This document shows positions 1-9,039 of a DNA stretch of 64,000 bases, piece by piece; within the stretch, counting starts at the first letter, position 1; every line of letters starts with the position of its first letter. Origin of the DNA: a virus. The stretch spans positions 7,335 to 71,334 of the IMG/VR virus record IMGVR_UViG_3300009550_000013; one strand, given 5' to 3'. The translations under genes and the position numbers were made by a program. The notes under the pieces are model-generated. The model searched no databases. It was not told where the DNA came from and worked only from the letters and a program-made list of their open reading frames with translations.

Positions 1-2
1 AA

Positions 3-1673
3 TATAGAGGTGAATTTGAGGAGAGAATGAAAATGATTGTTGATGAATTAAAGACGTCACCAAATATTATTGTTTTTGTAGATGAAATTCATACTATCGT
101 CGGTGCAGGAGGAGTAAGTGGCTCTTTAGATGCAAGCAATATTCTTAAGCCAGCACTTGCTAGAGGTCAAGTACAATGCATAGGTGCAACTACACTTGAT
201 GAGTATAGAGAAAATATCGAGGAAGATGGTGCATTAACTAGAAGGTTTCAGGAGGTATTCATAGACCCTCCTTCTTCTGAAGAAGCAGTAGAGATACTTA
301 TGAAAATAAAAGAATCTTATGAAGACCATCACAACGTAGTTTATGATGATGCTGCTATTACTGCATGTGTAAGATTAAGTGAAAGATATTTAAAAAGTAG
401 AGAGCTTCCAGATAAAGCTATTGATTTATTAGATGAAACTGGAGCTAGAAAAAACTTAGCAGATGTTAAAGTTCCACCAACTATTAAGAAGTTGGAAGAA
501 GAACTTGCAAAATGTGGAAATGATAAAAATGCTGCAGTTAAAAAACAAGACTACGAAAAAGCTGCATATTGTAGAGACCATGAAATAGAAATAAGAAAAA
601 AGATAAATCTTGAAAATAAAAAATGGGAAGATTCTCTTAAAAAGAAAAAAAGACCTGTAACTGAAGAAGACGTTGCTGAAACTATTTCTCTTCAAACTGG
701 AATTCCTTTAAAAAGACTTGCTGGAGATGATTTATCAATGGTTCTTAAAATGGAAGATGAATTAAAATCTAATATAATAGGCCAAGACAATGCTATTGAA
801 ACTCTTTCTAGAGTGATTAAAAGAACCAGAGCAGGGGTAGCGTCTCATAATAAACCAACTGGAAGTTTTATGTTTTTAGGACCTACTGGAGTTGGTAAGA
901 CACAGACTGTAAAAGCACTTTCAGATTATTTATTTGGAGATGAATCTGCTTTCATAAGAATAGATATGTCAGAGTATCAAGAAAAATTTAATGTTAGTAG
1001 ATTAGTTGGTTCACCTCCAGGATATGTTGGTCATGAAGAAGGAGGTCAATTGACTGAACAGGTTAGACGTAAACCGTATTCTGTAGTATTATTTGATGAA
1101 ATAGAGAAAGCACATCCTGATGTATTTAATATATTGTTACAAGTGTTAGATGAAGGTAGATTAACAGATTCTCTTGGAAGAACTATTGATTTTACAAATA
1201 CTATTATTGTACTTACATCAAATGTTGGAGCTAGAAAAATAGCAGACTTCGGTACTGGAATAGGTTTTCAATCTAAAAAAGAAGCAGCACATCATAATGA
1301 AAAAATAGATAGTATCATTAAGAAAGAACTTAAAAATAAATTTAGTCCCGAGTTTTTAAATAGACTCGACGATATTGTATTATTCGATCAGCTTTCTGAA
1401 GATAACATTTTAAAAATTGTAGAAGTAGAGTTGAAAGACTTTATGGAAAGAATGTTAGAAATAGAAATTGAAGTTTCTTTAGATGATGCAGCCAAAAAGT
1501 TTTTAGCAAAAGAAGGTTATGAACCAGCATACGGTGCTAGACCTTTAAAGAGAGCTATTCAAAATCACGTTGAAGATTTATTAGCAGATGCTATAATAAG
1601 AGGTGATGTCAAAAAAGGTTCTAAAATTAAAATCGTAAAAAAATCTAAGGATATTAAACTTTCTATAAAATAA
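3..1673 (+). CDS. clpC: ATP-dependent Clp protease ATP-binding subunit ClpC (5' end lies before the window)
   Basis: Frame is open from base 3 (YRGEFEERMK). NBD1 Walker B VFVDEIH, UVR-type middle domain (AVKKQDYEKAAYCRD), NBD2 Walker A GPTGVGKT, pore loop GYVG, FDEIEKAH, ClpP-docking GIGF loop, GARPL. Confidence 0.93.
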   Translation, partial: YRGEFEERMKMIVDELKTSPNIIVFVDEIHTIVGAGGVSGSLDASNILKPALARGQVQCIGATTLDEYRENIEEDGALTRRFQEVFIDPPSSEEAVEILMKIKESYEDHHNVVYDDAAITACVRLSERYLKSRELPDKAIDLLDETGARKNLADVKVPPTIKKLEEELAKCGNDKNAAVKKQDYEKAAYCRDHEIEIRKKINLENKKWEDSLKKKKRPVTEEDVAETISLQTGIPLKRLAGDDLSMVLKMEDELKSNIIGQDNAIETLSRVIKRTRAGVASHNKPTGSFMFLGPTGVGKTQTVKALSDYLFGDESAFIRIDMSEYQEKFNVSRLVGSPPGYVGHEEGGQLTEQVRRKPYSVVLFDEIEKAHPDVFNILLQVLDEGRLTDSLGRTIDFTNTIIVLTSNVGARKIADFGTGIGFQSKKEAAHHNEKIDSIIKKELKNKFSPEFLNRLDDIVLFDQLSEDNILKIVEVELKDFMERMLEIEIEVSLDDAAKKFLAKEGYEPAYGARPLKRAIQNHVEDLLADAIIRGDVKKGSKIKIVKKSKDIKLSIK

Positions 1674-1681
1674 TCATATAA
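1656..1681 (+). promoter_or_regulatory. Putative promoter, class AAAC-N15-NATATAA
   Basis: AAAC-15 nt-CATATAA about 20 nt before the ATG at 1701; the same spacing recurs at five other gene starts. Confidence 0.6.
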
Positions 1682-1700
1682 TTTATATAAATTAATTATT

Positions 1701-2651
1701 ATGAAAAAAGTTAAAGATAGAACTTTAAACGAAATTAGACAAACTAAAGACTCATATTATACTGTTAAAAGCGAATCAACCAACAGCTTTTCAAAAGTTT
1801 TTAGAGATAATTTACAAACAATTAGTGGTGAAACTTCTCCTAGAGGTTTAAAAGTCAAAGAAAAAATCTTTGGTCAAATGACAATAGACCCTTTACGTCC
1901 TATTGCTGATTTTGAATCAAGGCCTTTTAATTGGAAGTATTTTGCAGGTGAATTAGCATGGTATTTAAAGAAAGATAGAGATATCGACTACATAAATAAT
2001 TTTAGTTCATTTTGGAAAGGTATTACAAATACTGGGACAAATGAAATAAATTCTAATTATGGCTCACTAGTATTTAATGAACAATTAGAATGGGTTGTTG
2101 ATAGTCTTGTAAAAGATAGAGATAGCAGACAGGCTATTATGTTTTTCAATAGACCTGAATTTCAGTTTGAAGGTAATAAAGATTTTGTATGTACAATGTA
2201 CGCTAATTTCTTTATTAGAGATAATAAACTCCATATGAAAGTTCAAATGAGATCGAACGATATGTTTTATGGTCTTACATTCGACGCACCTTTCTTTTCT
2301 TTCCTACATCAATCAGTTTATCGTTTAGTATGGTCAGAAAGAATGAAGAATGGTGGTCATGCAAATGATGAGGTATTAGAGTTAGGTAACTATTATCATT
2401 TTGCAGATAATTTACATTTTTATGAAAGACATTTTGACTTAGCAGATAAAATTATTGATGGAGATAAATATAATGATTATGGTCTTAAATTAAAATATCC
2501 ATGGTTTACTTTTAAAGATGGTCAAATTGTAATGACGGTTGAAGCGGTTACTTTTTTAAAAGAAATTGACATGTATGTCAATTCAACTAATTTTAAAGAT
2601 TTAGACCAAGCCCATTGGAAAAGTATTATTGAAGACTATTTTATTATTTAA
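1701..2651 (+). CDS. Thymidylate synthase-family enzyme, most like T4 gp42 dCMP hydroxymethylase
   Basis: EINSNYG, DSRQAI, RPEFQF, DFVCT (catalytic Cys), MRSNDMFYGLTFD (Asp where ThyA has Asn), LHFYERHF; this matches the T4 gp42 pattern as I recall it. Confidence 0.8.
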   Translation: MKKVKDRTLNEIRQTKDSYYTVKSESTNSFSKVFRDNLQTISGETSPRGLKVKEKIFGQMTIDPLRPIADFESRPFNWKYFAGELAWYLKKDRDIDYINNFSSFWKGITNTGTNEINSNYGSLVFNEQLEWVVDSLVKDRDSRQAIMFFNRPEFQFEGNKDFVCTMYANFFIRDNKLHMKVQMRSNDMFYGLTFDAPFFSFLHQSVYRLVWSERMKNGGHANDEVLELGNYYHFADNLHFYERHFDLADKIIDGDKYNDYGLKLKYPWFTFKDGQIVMTVEAVTFLKEIDMYVNSTNFKDLDQAHWKSIIEDYFII

Positions 2652-2653
2652 TT

Positions 2654-2959
2654 ATGATAAATATACCAACATTTGAAATGAACGCCGAGAATCTATTGAA
2701 AGATGATTTTGAAATGTATCTTCATAAAAATTATGATTTATTTTTTAGAAGAATTTTAGAACATGTAACTAATAGAATAGAATCAGTAGAAAATGAAGAT
2801 TTATTATGTTGGATAAAAGATGAAGATGAAGAGATTTACGAGTTAAGACTTCCAGAAACAGGATTTCATACTGCACTAGCTCAATCATGGACATATTTCG
2901 AAAAAATAGAAGAATACGAAACATGTCAATTAGTAAAAGAACTTAAAAAAAGAATATAA
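2654..2959 (+). CDS. Small protein with C-terminal UVR-like motif (YFEKIEEYETC)
   Basis: ORF packed tightly between the TS-family gene and clpP; motif shared with three other ORFs. Confidence 0.75.
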   Translation: MINIPTFEMNAENLLKDDFEMYLHKNYDLFFRRILEHVTNRIESVENEDLLCWIKDEDEEIYELRLPETGFHTALAQSWTYFEKIEEYETCQLVKELKKRI

Positions 2960-2961
2960 AT

Positions 2962-3654
2962 ATGTGGTATTACCCAAAAGACGAAGAATTTAAAAGATTT
3001 GCAAAATCAGAAGGAGTATCTTCAAGCAAATTAGATTATTATAATTCACAAATAGAAAATTCTATGACTCCCTACATTCTTGAGGAAAGACAATTGAGAG
3101 CAACTCAAATGGATATATTTTCTAGATTAATGATGGATAGATTATTATGGGTTGCAGGACCTGTTAATGATAATATGTCGACAATTGTACAAGCTCAATT
3201 AATGTTTTTAAGTAATTCTTCTAATGAAGATATTACAATGCATATAGATAGCCCAGGAGGTTCAGTTAAATCCGGACTTTCTATGGTAGATGTTATGGAC
3301 TATATTGGAAATGATATTAGAACGATAAACACTGGAATGGCAGCTTCAATGGGTTCTGTTTTATTAGGAGCAGGAACTAAAGGAAAAAGAATGAGTTTAA
3401 GATTTAGTAGAACAATGCTACATCAATCAAGTGGAGGTGCTGGCGGAAATATACAAGATGCTAGAATTCAATTTGAGGAATGGGAAAAAGTCAATAAAAC
3501 TTTATTTGAATTATTAGGAGAGTACTGTGGAAAAAACGCAGATCAAGTTAAAAAAGATGCTGAAAGAGATTTATGGTTAGGAGCAAAAGAAGCTTTAGAC
3601 TACGGAATTATAGATGAAATAGTAGAAGGTACTGGAAAAACAAAACCGTGGTAA
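2962..3654 (+). CDS. clpP: ATP-dependent Clp protease proteolytic subunit
   Basis: DIFSRLMMDR, IDSPGG, GMAASMG (catalytic Ser), MLHQ (His), AERDLW (Asp), YGIIDEI. Confidence 0.96.
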   Translation: MWYYPKDEEFKRFAKSEGVSSSKLDYYNSQIENSMTPYILEERQLRATQMDIFSRLMMDRLLWVAGPVNDNMSTIVQAQLMFLSNSSNEDITMHIDSPGGSVKSGLSMVDVMDYIGNDIRTINTGMAASMGSVLLGAGTKGKRMSLRFSRTMLHQSSGGAGGNIQDARIQFEEWEKVNKTLFELLGEYCGKNADQVKKDAERDLWLGAKEALDYGIIDEIVEGTGKTKPW

Positions 3655-3655
3655 A

Positions 3656-3865
3656 ATGAAGATAAATATCTATATAATGGAAGAAGATTTGGAAATATTA
3701 CATAGACATATTTCTAAAGAAGAGTTTCTAGAAGAAGGAGAGCTTTTGTGGTATACTACAAATATTTTCAGTTCTAGTGTTACCTCAACAAATTGGCTTA
3801 GTATATCTTTAGACCCAGATAAATTTATAATGCTAAAAGAAAACAACATTTTAAGAAAACTATAA
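3656..3865 (+). CDS. Hypothetical protein
   Basis: ORF tightly packed after clpP. Confidence 0.6.
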   Translation: MKINIYIMEEDLEILHRHISKEEFLEEGELLWYTTNIFSSSVTSTNWLSISLDPDKFIMLKENNILRKL

Positions 3866-3867
3866 AA

Positions 3868-4146
3868 ATGGAAAATACAATACTAAAAAAATTAATTAAT
3901 AAGCAACTGGAGCCATATAATAAAACTTATAAAGATATTGAGTCAGACCCAAACTGGACTCATAAATTTGAAACTACTAAAGAAGCACAAGAAGAGTATA
4001 TTAATTGGGCCGTAGATTATTTAATAACTGAAATGAAATTCAGTAGGAAGCTTGCAGAAATAGAAATCAGCTGGTTTATTTTAAATCATGGAATAGTAAT
4101 AGAATCTGAACTTTCTCAAAAATTTCAATCCGAAAGAAAGAGATAA
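3868..4146 (+). CDS. Hypothetical protein
   Basis: Packed ORF with normal codon usage. Confidence 0.65.
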   Translation: MENTILKKLINKQLEPYNKTYKDIESDPNWTHKFETTKEAQEEYINWAVDYLITEMKFSRKLAEIEISWFILNHGIVIESELSQKFQSERKR

Positions 4147-4149
4147 ATA
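4142..4149 (+). promoter_or_regulatory. Putative late promoter GATAAATA
   Basis: Recurrent GATA(A/T)ATA motif just upstream of a gene start; resembles the T4 late promoter TATAAATA. Confidence 0.45.
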
Positions 4150-4153
4150 ATAC

Positions 4154-4861
4154 ATGTCGGAAAGTATTACTTCTTGGTTTTTTGAACCACCAATAGATTT
4201 TGAATCAAAAAAATATAGGCTTCTAGATAATGCTTTAAAAGCAGAAAAACTTATCGAAGATGAAGATATAAAAGGCGCTATGGATTTCATAGAAGAACAT
4301 TTAGTTTGTTTTTATAAGTTTAAAACTGAAAAAGAAATCATTAATTTTAATAAAAAAGAAATTATAGGAATCGACCCTTTAATGATGAATCTTATTTTTG
4401 CAGACCCTGAAATAGGAGTAGATAGACAAAAAGATATCGATATTTTATGTGATGTTGCTGAATTAGGAGTTTCAGAATTTGAAGCACTTCATTCTATATT
4501 TAGAATTAAATGGAGAGAAATTGACGATGCTATTAATTTAGCATATATGCCAGAAAAAACACCATTACTTAAAGGAGGTCATGTATTTTTATCTAACCCT
4601 GAAGAAAATTGGACAAGATTATATACGTTTGAAAATCCAGAAAATTGTAAAGATTGGAATTCTTTTAAGCTTAATTGGCATGCTAGTCATGACTACGACC
4701 ATTCAAAAGTTCTTGACTTTGTAAGAAAGTTAAAAGAAAATAATGTTCAAAATATAATTATAAACGGTAGTATAAACGAGTCTTTTAAAAATATTAATTC
4801 AATAGATTTTATACTTTCCTGTAAAGTTTACTACAAATTACTGAAAGATTATATGTTTTAA
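4154..4861 (+). CDS. Hypothetical protein
   Basis: 235-aa ORF; N-terminal WFFEPPIDFESKKYRLL; no function recognised. Confidence 0.75.
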   Translation: MSESITSWFFEPPIDFESKKYRLLDNALKAEKLIEDEDIKGAMDFIEEHLVCFYKFKTEKEIINFNKKEIIGIDPLMMNLIFADPEIGVDRQKDIDILCDVAELGVSEFEALHSIFRIKWREIDDAINLAYMPEKTPLLKGGHVFLSNPEENWTRLYTFENPENCKDWNSFKLNWHASHDYDHSKVLDFVRKLKENNVQNIIINGSINESFKNINSIDFILSCKVYYKLLKDYMF

Positions 4862-4901
4862 AGAATATATAAACAATAGAATAAAAAAATAATAAACCAA
4901 A

Positions 4902-6833
4902 ATGGCTTACGTTACTAGAGAAGATGTCATATTATATGTTCAGCAGATTACAGAATTTTCAGCGGGTGTTGACTGCCCTATCAGACTTATATTATATAAA
5001 GATTATTTAACAACACAGTTAGATTTATCTAAAGTAGATTCAATAACAGTTACACTTTTTGATGATGTTGGTAGAAGAGTTTTAACATATCATGAACCTG
5101 CAATTCCAGGAAAATCATTAGATTTATTATTAGGACAAGCTCAAAATGCAGAACAAGGTTTTTTAGAATTTATAATACCTGCTGCAAATAGTAACGACTT
5201 TGTAGGAGAAGACATATATGCTGTAGTAGGATTAGTTTGGACTGATTTCTTTCCAACACCTAAAACACTACAAACTCCAAAAATAAAAATAGCTAAAGTT
5301 TTAGGTTCTGCTGGTATTGCACCATCATTACCAAACGCTGTTATTGGAGAAACAGGACCAACTGGTCCAGCAGGATCAGGAAACGGGCAAATAGGTCCTC
5401 AAGGTCCTCAAGGACCAGCAGGAGCTACAGGACCTCAAGGACCCGCTGGTCCAGCAGGCTCTGGAGGAACTGGTTCTGGTAGTGGAGCAACAGGTGCTAC
5501 TGGTCCTCAAGGTGCTACTGGTCCTCAAGGTGCTACTGGTCCTCAAGGACCTGCAGGATCTGATGGTTCTCCAGGTGCTCAAGGACTTCAAGGACCTGCA
5601 GGATCAGATGGAGCTACTGGACCACAAGGTGCTCAAGGAATTCAAGGAACTGCCGGTACTGATGGGGCTACAGGTGCTCAAGGTATTCAAGGTATTCAAG
5701 GACCTGCTGGAGATAAAGGCGCAACAGGTGCTCAAGGTATTCAAGGACCTGCTGGAGATAAAGGCGCAACAGGTGCTCAAGGTATTCAAGGACCCGCAGG
5801 TGCTGATGGTGCTGATGGTGCTAAAGGTGATAAAGGAGCTACAGGTGCTCAAGGACCTCAAGGTATTCAAGGACCTGCTGGAACAGGAGGTTCTGGTAGC
5901 GGAGCAACAGGAGCTACTGGTCCTAAAGGAGACAAAGGAGAGAAAGGAGATAAAGGAGATCCGGGAGATGCTGGACTTCAAGGACTTCAAGGACTTCAAG
6001 GACTTATTGGAGCTACTGGAGCACAAGGACTTATTGGAGCTACTGGAGCACAAGGACTTCAAGGACTTCAAGGACTTCAAGGAGATGTAGGACCTGCTGG
6101 TGCTGATGGTGCTACTGGACCACAAGGTATTCAAGGACCTGCCGGAACTGCAGGTTCTCCAGGTGCAGCAGGTCAAGCGGGACCTCAAGGTATTCAAGGA
6201 CCCGCAGGTGCTGATGGTGCTCAAGGTATTCAAGGAGTACAAGGTCCTCAAGGAGATGTAGGTCCTCAAGGAGATGTAGGTCCTCAAGGAGATGTAGGTC
6301 CTCAAGGTGCTACCGGTCCCCAAGGTATTCAAGGTATTCAAGGTATTCAAGGACCTGCTGGTAATGGTGGAGGTGGCGGCTCTAGTACTTTATATTTAGC
6401 TAGAGTAAATTATGATGCTACTGAATTACCATCAGATATTTCATTTGAAGATCCGGGAGGTAATGGAGCATACGTTACCTCTAATGTAAGTGCTTTTGTT
6501 ATTAACGTTCCTGAATGTGAATTTGAATTTACTAATGAAGATAATCCTCCAGTAAGTATAGTTGTTTATGGATGGGACTCAGTTGCGAGTAGATATAACA
6601 TAACACATTTGAATGCAGGTGGAGATGAAGAATTATATAATTTAACCAACTTTACGATTTCACAAATAGGAGGAACAGACCACTATGAACCAGATTTGTT
6701 TGGTAGCTTTTCTAGTTCTAAAATAAAAATAGATATGGATAGATTAAATTTCAACGTTACAAAAACTGCAGGAGGTTTTGGTGGTTCTACTAAATTAGGA
6801 CATGCTTATGTATTGTTTACATTTAATTCATAA
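4902..6833 (+). CDS. Collagen-like (Gly-X-Y) fibre protein with globular N- and C-terminal domains
   Basis: Long GPQ/GAT/GIQ triplet run interrupted by Gly/Ser linkers. Confidence 0.9.
   Translation: MAYVTREDVILYVQQITEFSAGVDCPIRLILYKDYLTTQLDLSKVDSITVTLFDDVGRRVLTYHEPAIPGKSLDLLLGQAQNAEQGFLEFIIPAANSNDFVGEDIYAVVGLVWTDFFPTPKTLQTPKIKIAKVLGSAGIAPSLPNAVIGETGPTGPAGSGNGQIGPQGPQGPAGATGPQGPAGPAGSGGTGSGSGATGATGPQGATGPQGATGPQGPAGSDGSPGAQGLQGPAGSDGATGPQGAQGIQGTAGTDGATGAQGIQGIQGPAGDKGATGAQGIQGPAGDKGATGAQGIQGPAGADGADGAKGDKGATGAQGPQGIQGPAGTGGSGSGATGATGPKGDKGEKGDKGDPGDAGLQGLQGLQGLIGATGAQGLIGATGAQGLQGLQGLQGDVGPAGADGATGPQGIQGPAGTAGSPGAAGQAGPQGIQGPAGADGAQGIQGVQGPQGDVGPQGDVGPQGDVGPQGATGPQGIQGIQGIQGPAGNGGGGGSSTLYLARVNYDATELPSDISFEDPGGNGAYVTSNVSAFVINVPECEFEFTNEDNPPVSIVVYGWDSVASRYNITHLNAGGDEELYNLTNFTISQIGGTDHYEPDLFGSFSSSKIKIDMDRLNFNVTKTAGGFGGSTKLGHAYVLFTFNS
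5346..6360 (+). repeat. Collagen Gly-X-Y coding repeats (9/18/27/45-bp units)
   Basis: Tandem units such as ggtgctactggtcctcaa, caaggactt and ggagatgtaggtcctcaa. Confidence 0.9.
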
Positions 6834-6841
6834 AATAAAAA

Positions 6842-8800
6842 ATGGCTAAATACGACCCAACCCACCCAGCACTATGTCTATCAGGAGTAGTGCAAACTAG
6901 TCCACCTACTGCAGTAGCCCAGTATGTTGAAGTAGATGAGACTGGTATGGCTGGTGTAGATATTGAATATAGACTAGTCTTAAATTCTATAAGTACACAA
7001 TATATTTCTGATGAATCTGTAAGAGAGTCTAATTTGTACAATGCTATAGATATAAAAACTGGAGATTATATAACAGATACTAATGGGGAAATCGTTTTAA
7101 GAATAAAAACAGTTCATTCAAAAAGCCCATCAAGTATTGATATTGTTGTGGAGGATGTTGATGGTATATCTTATAGAACATATAATTCAAATACATTAGC
7201 ACCATCTTCAAATGTTGTTATATTTGAATTAAGTGAAAATGGTTTACCTGTTTTTGCTGGAACAGCAGCAAATTCGTTTGTTGGAAATGCAATGGATAAA
7301 TTACAATCTAGATTTTCAATAGATGAACATGACGAAAGATATAGATTTGACCATTCTTCGCCAATAAATGTTACAACTGGTGAAATAGTTACAGTTGACG
7401 ATTTTGGTTCTTTAGTAAGACACGGAGCTACAGGTGCTGGAGAATTACCAGTAGGAACTGTTATTTCTACAACTAGAAACGGAAAAAGTATTTATGTAAA
7501 GCCTTTTAATAAAATAATAGAAAACTACCCAGATCCTAGTATTTTAACAGGAACTCCTGGAAATATTTATTATACTGATATTCAAAATCCAGGAAAAATT
7601 ACAACAACTCAATCACCTGGTTCAAAATCAATCTATATGCATTTAAAAGATGCTACACCATCTGAAGTAAATACAACTTCAGCAACGGCTTTACCAGGTG
7701 TACAAGATATAATCAACATAAATAATATTACTATATTTGACGGTACTATAGGGCATAGTGTAAATACAAGTATAGATTTGATGAATATGATTAATGCTCA
7801 AACTTCAGCAACTAAAGTTTCAGCAACTGCAAATATTGCAAATATCGATGATTCCACTAATGTTTCATATTTACATGGTTCAATTGGAGAAGCAGTGGCT
7901 CTTTTATCTTCTGATTCTGGTGCAAATTTCACATATCCTGAAATAACTATAAGTGATGGGACTAATCAAACAAATGTGGTTTTTAATCCAAGCAATTATG
8001 GTTTAACTACCGTTGGTTATAATAATTCTACTCAATTTTTAGTTATAAGAGCTGAGGAAATATCACAGATTCTTAATACCGAATTTCAAAATTCAGGTTT
8101 AGATTTATTAGCATCTTTTTATACAGAGCCTAATAAAAATTATTCTTTCTTAAAAATAGAAGGACAGAATGGAGCTTCTATAATAATTACTAATGTTTCA
8201 CCAGATGCATTTGGAACTAATTTTGCAGGTTCAACAAGTCCAGGTTCAATATCAGGTTTAGAACTAAATACACCTATAGGAACTCAAGCGTTTTTAAAAT
8301 TATCAAGAGCAGATGGTGGAGATATATTAATTACCGGAGGAATAAAAGTCGGTAATGTTATTTCACCTAGTGGTGGTTATATTAATACAAACGGTTTTTG
8401 TTCATCTTCTTCCGGAAGTCCTGCATTAATAATGATGATAGAAGGTTCTTCTGACGGAGGTTCTTCTGATACTGGTGTAAATGTTCCTGACGACCATGAT
8501 ATGACACCTAACGCTACTAACGGAAATAACTCTCCAACTGGATTGTTTATTACATATAAGCCGTTCTTAGGTTCTAAGGTAGGTGTAAGAGTCAATGGAA
8601 TCGATGCTAATTTAGGAGATTCTAATAATTATCAAACTAAAAGTTGTTATTTTAGCCCAGACGGATTTATAGTTAGAGATTTTAAAGACGTAGAAGCAGG
8701 AGACCAATTATATTGGAATGGAACCTTTGTTGGGTTTGAACTAGACTCAGGAGACGACTTAGATTTTATCTACCAGGCATCAGCCTCAAACTTCCCTTAA
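6842..8800 (+). CDS. Putative virion structural/fibre-associated protein
   Basis: Ser/Thr/Gly/Asn-rich beta-type composition; C-terminal V-x-V-N-G...LDSGDDLDFIY module resembles the C-terminus of the next gene. Confidence 0.7.
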   Translation: MAKYDPTHPALCLSGVVQTSPPTAVAQYVEVDETGMAGVDIEYRLVLNSISTQYISDESVRESNLYNAIDIKTGDYITDTNGEIVLRIKTVHSKSPSSIDIVVEDVDGISYRTYNSNTLAPSSNVVIFELSENGLPVFAGTAANSFVGNAMDKLQSRFSIDEHDERYRFDHSSPINVTTGEIVTVDDFGSLVRHGATGAGELPVGTVISTTRNGKSIYVKPFNKIIENYPDPSILTGTPGNIYYTDIQNPGKITTTQSPGSKSIYMHLKDATPSEVNTTSATALPGVQDIININNITIFDGTIGHSVNTSIDLMNMINAQTSATKVSATANIANIDDSTNVSYLHGSIGEAVALLSSDSGANFTYPEITISDGTNQTNVVFNPSNYGLTTVGYNNSTQFLVIRAEEISQILNTEFQNSGLDLLASFYTEPNKNYSFLKIEGQNGASIIITNVSPDAFGTNFAGSTSPGSISGLELNTPIGTQAFLKLSRADGGDILITGGIKVGNVISPSGGYINTNGFCSSSSGSPALIMMIEGSSDGGSSDTGVNVPDDHDMTPNATNGNNSPTGLFITYKPFLGSKVGVRVNGIDANLGDSNNYQTKSCYFSPDGFIVRDFKDVEAGDQLYWNGTFVGFELDSGDDLDFIYQASASNFP

Positions 8801-8948
8801 AAACTTCAGAATATAGTATTCTAAGATTATCTTAAAGTTGCTTTTTTAGTGCTCCGGCCAGAAAAGCTGTAATATATAAACAACATAGAAAATTACACGA
8901 ATCTGTTGGATAAATACATACAAGAACATATTTTAAAATATTAAAAAT

Positions 8949-9015
8949 AATTGGTCACGACAATAACGTCGCGGCTAATTTTTTGTGGTAAAACACAAAA
9001 GCCACACTAACGTGG
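8949..9015 (+). promoter_or_regulatory. Structured 5' leader (three consecutive hairpins) of the 1141-aa repeat gene
   Basis: Inverted repeats at 8949-8980, 8981-9000 and 9002-9015, downstream of GATAAATA at 8909-8916. Confidence 0.45.
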
Positions 9016-9039
9016 AAATAAAAAAAACAAAAATAAAAC

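Noticed and set aside
1701-2651. Canonical thyA call
   Set aside because: Lacks the PCH motif and the specificity Asn; has gp42-type CT and Asp instead.
5376-6350. Alternative-frame ORFs over the collagen region (202 aa plus, 248 aa minus, 71 aa minus)
   Set aside because: By-products of Gly-X-Y repeats that lack stop codons in other frames.
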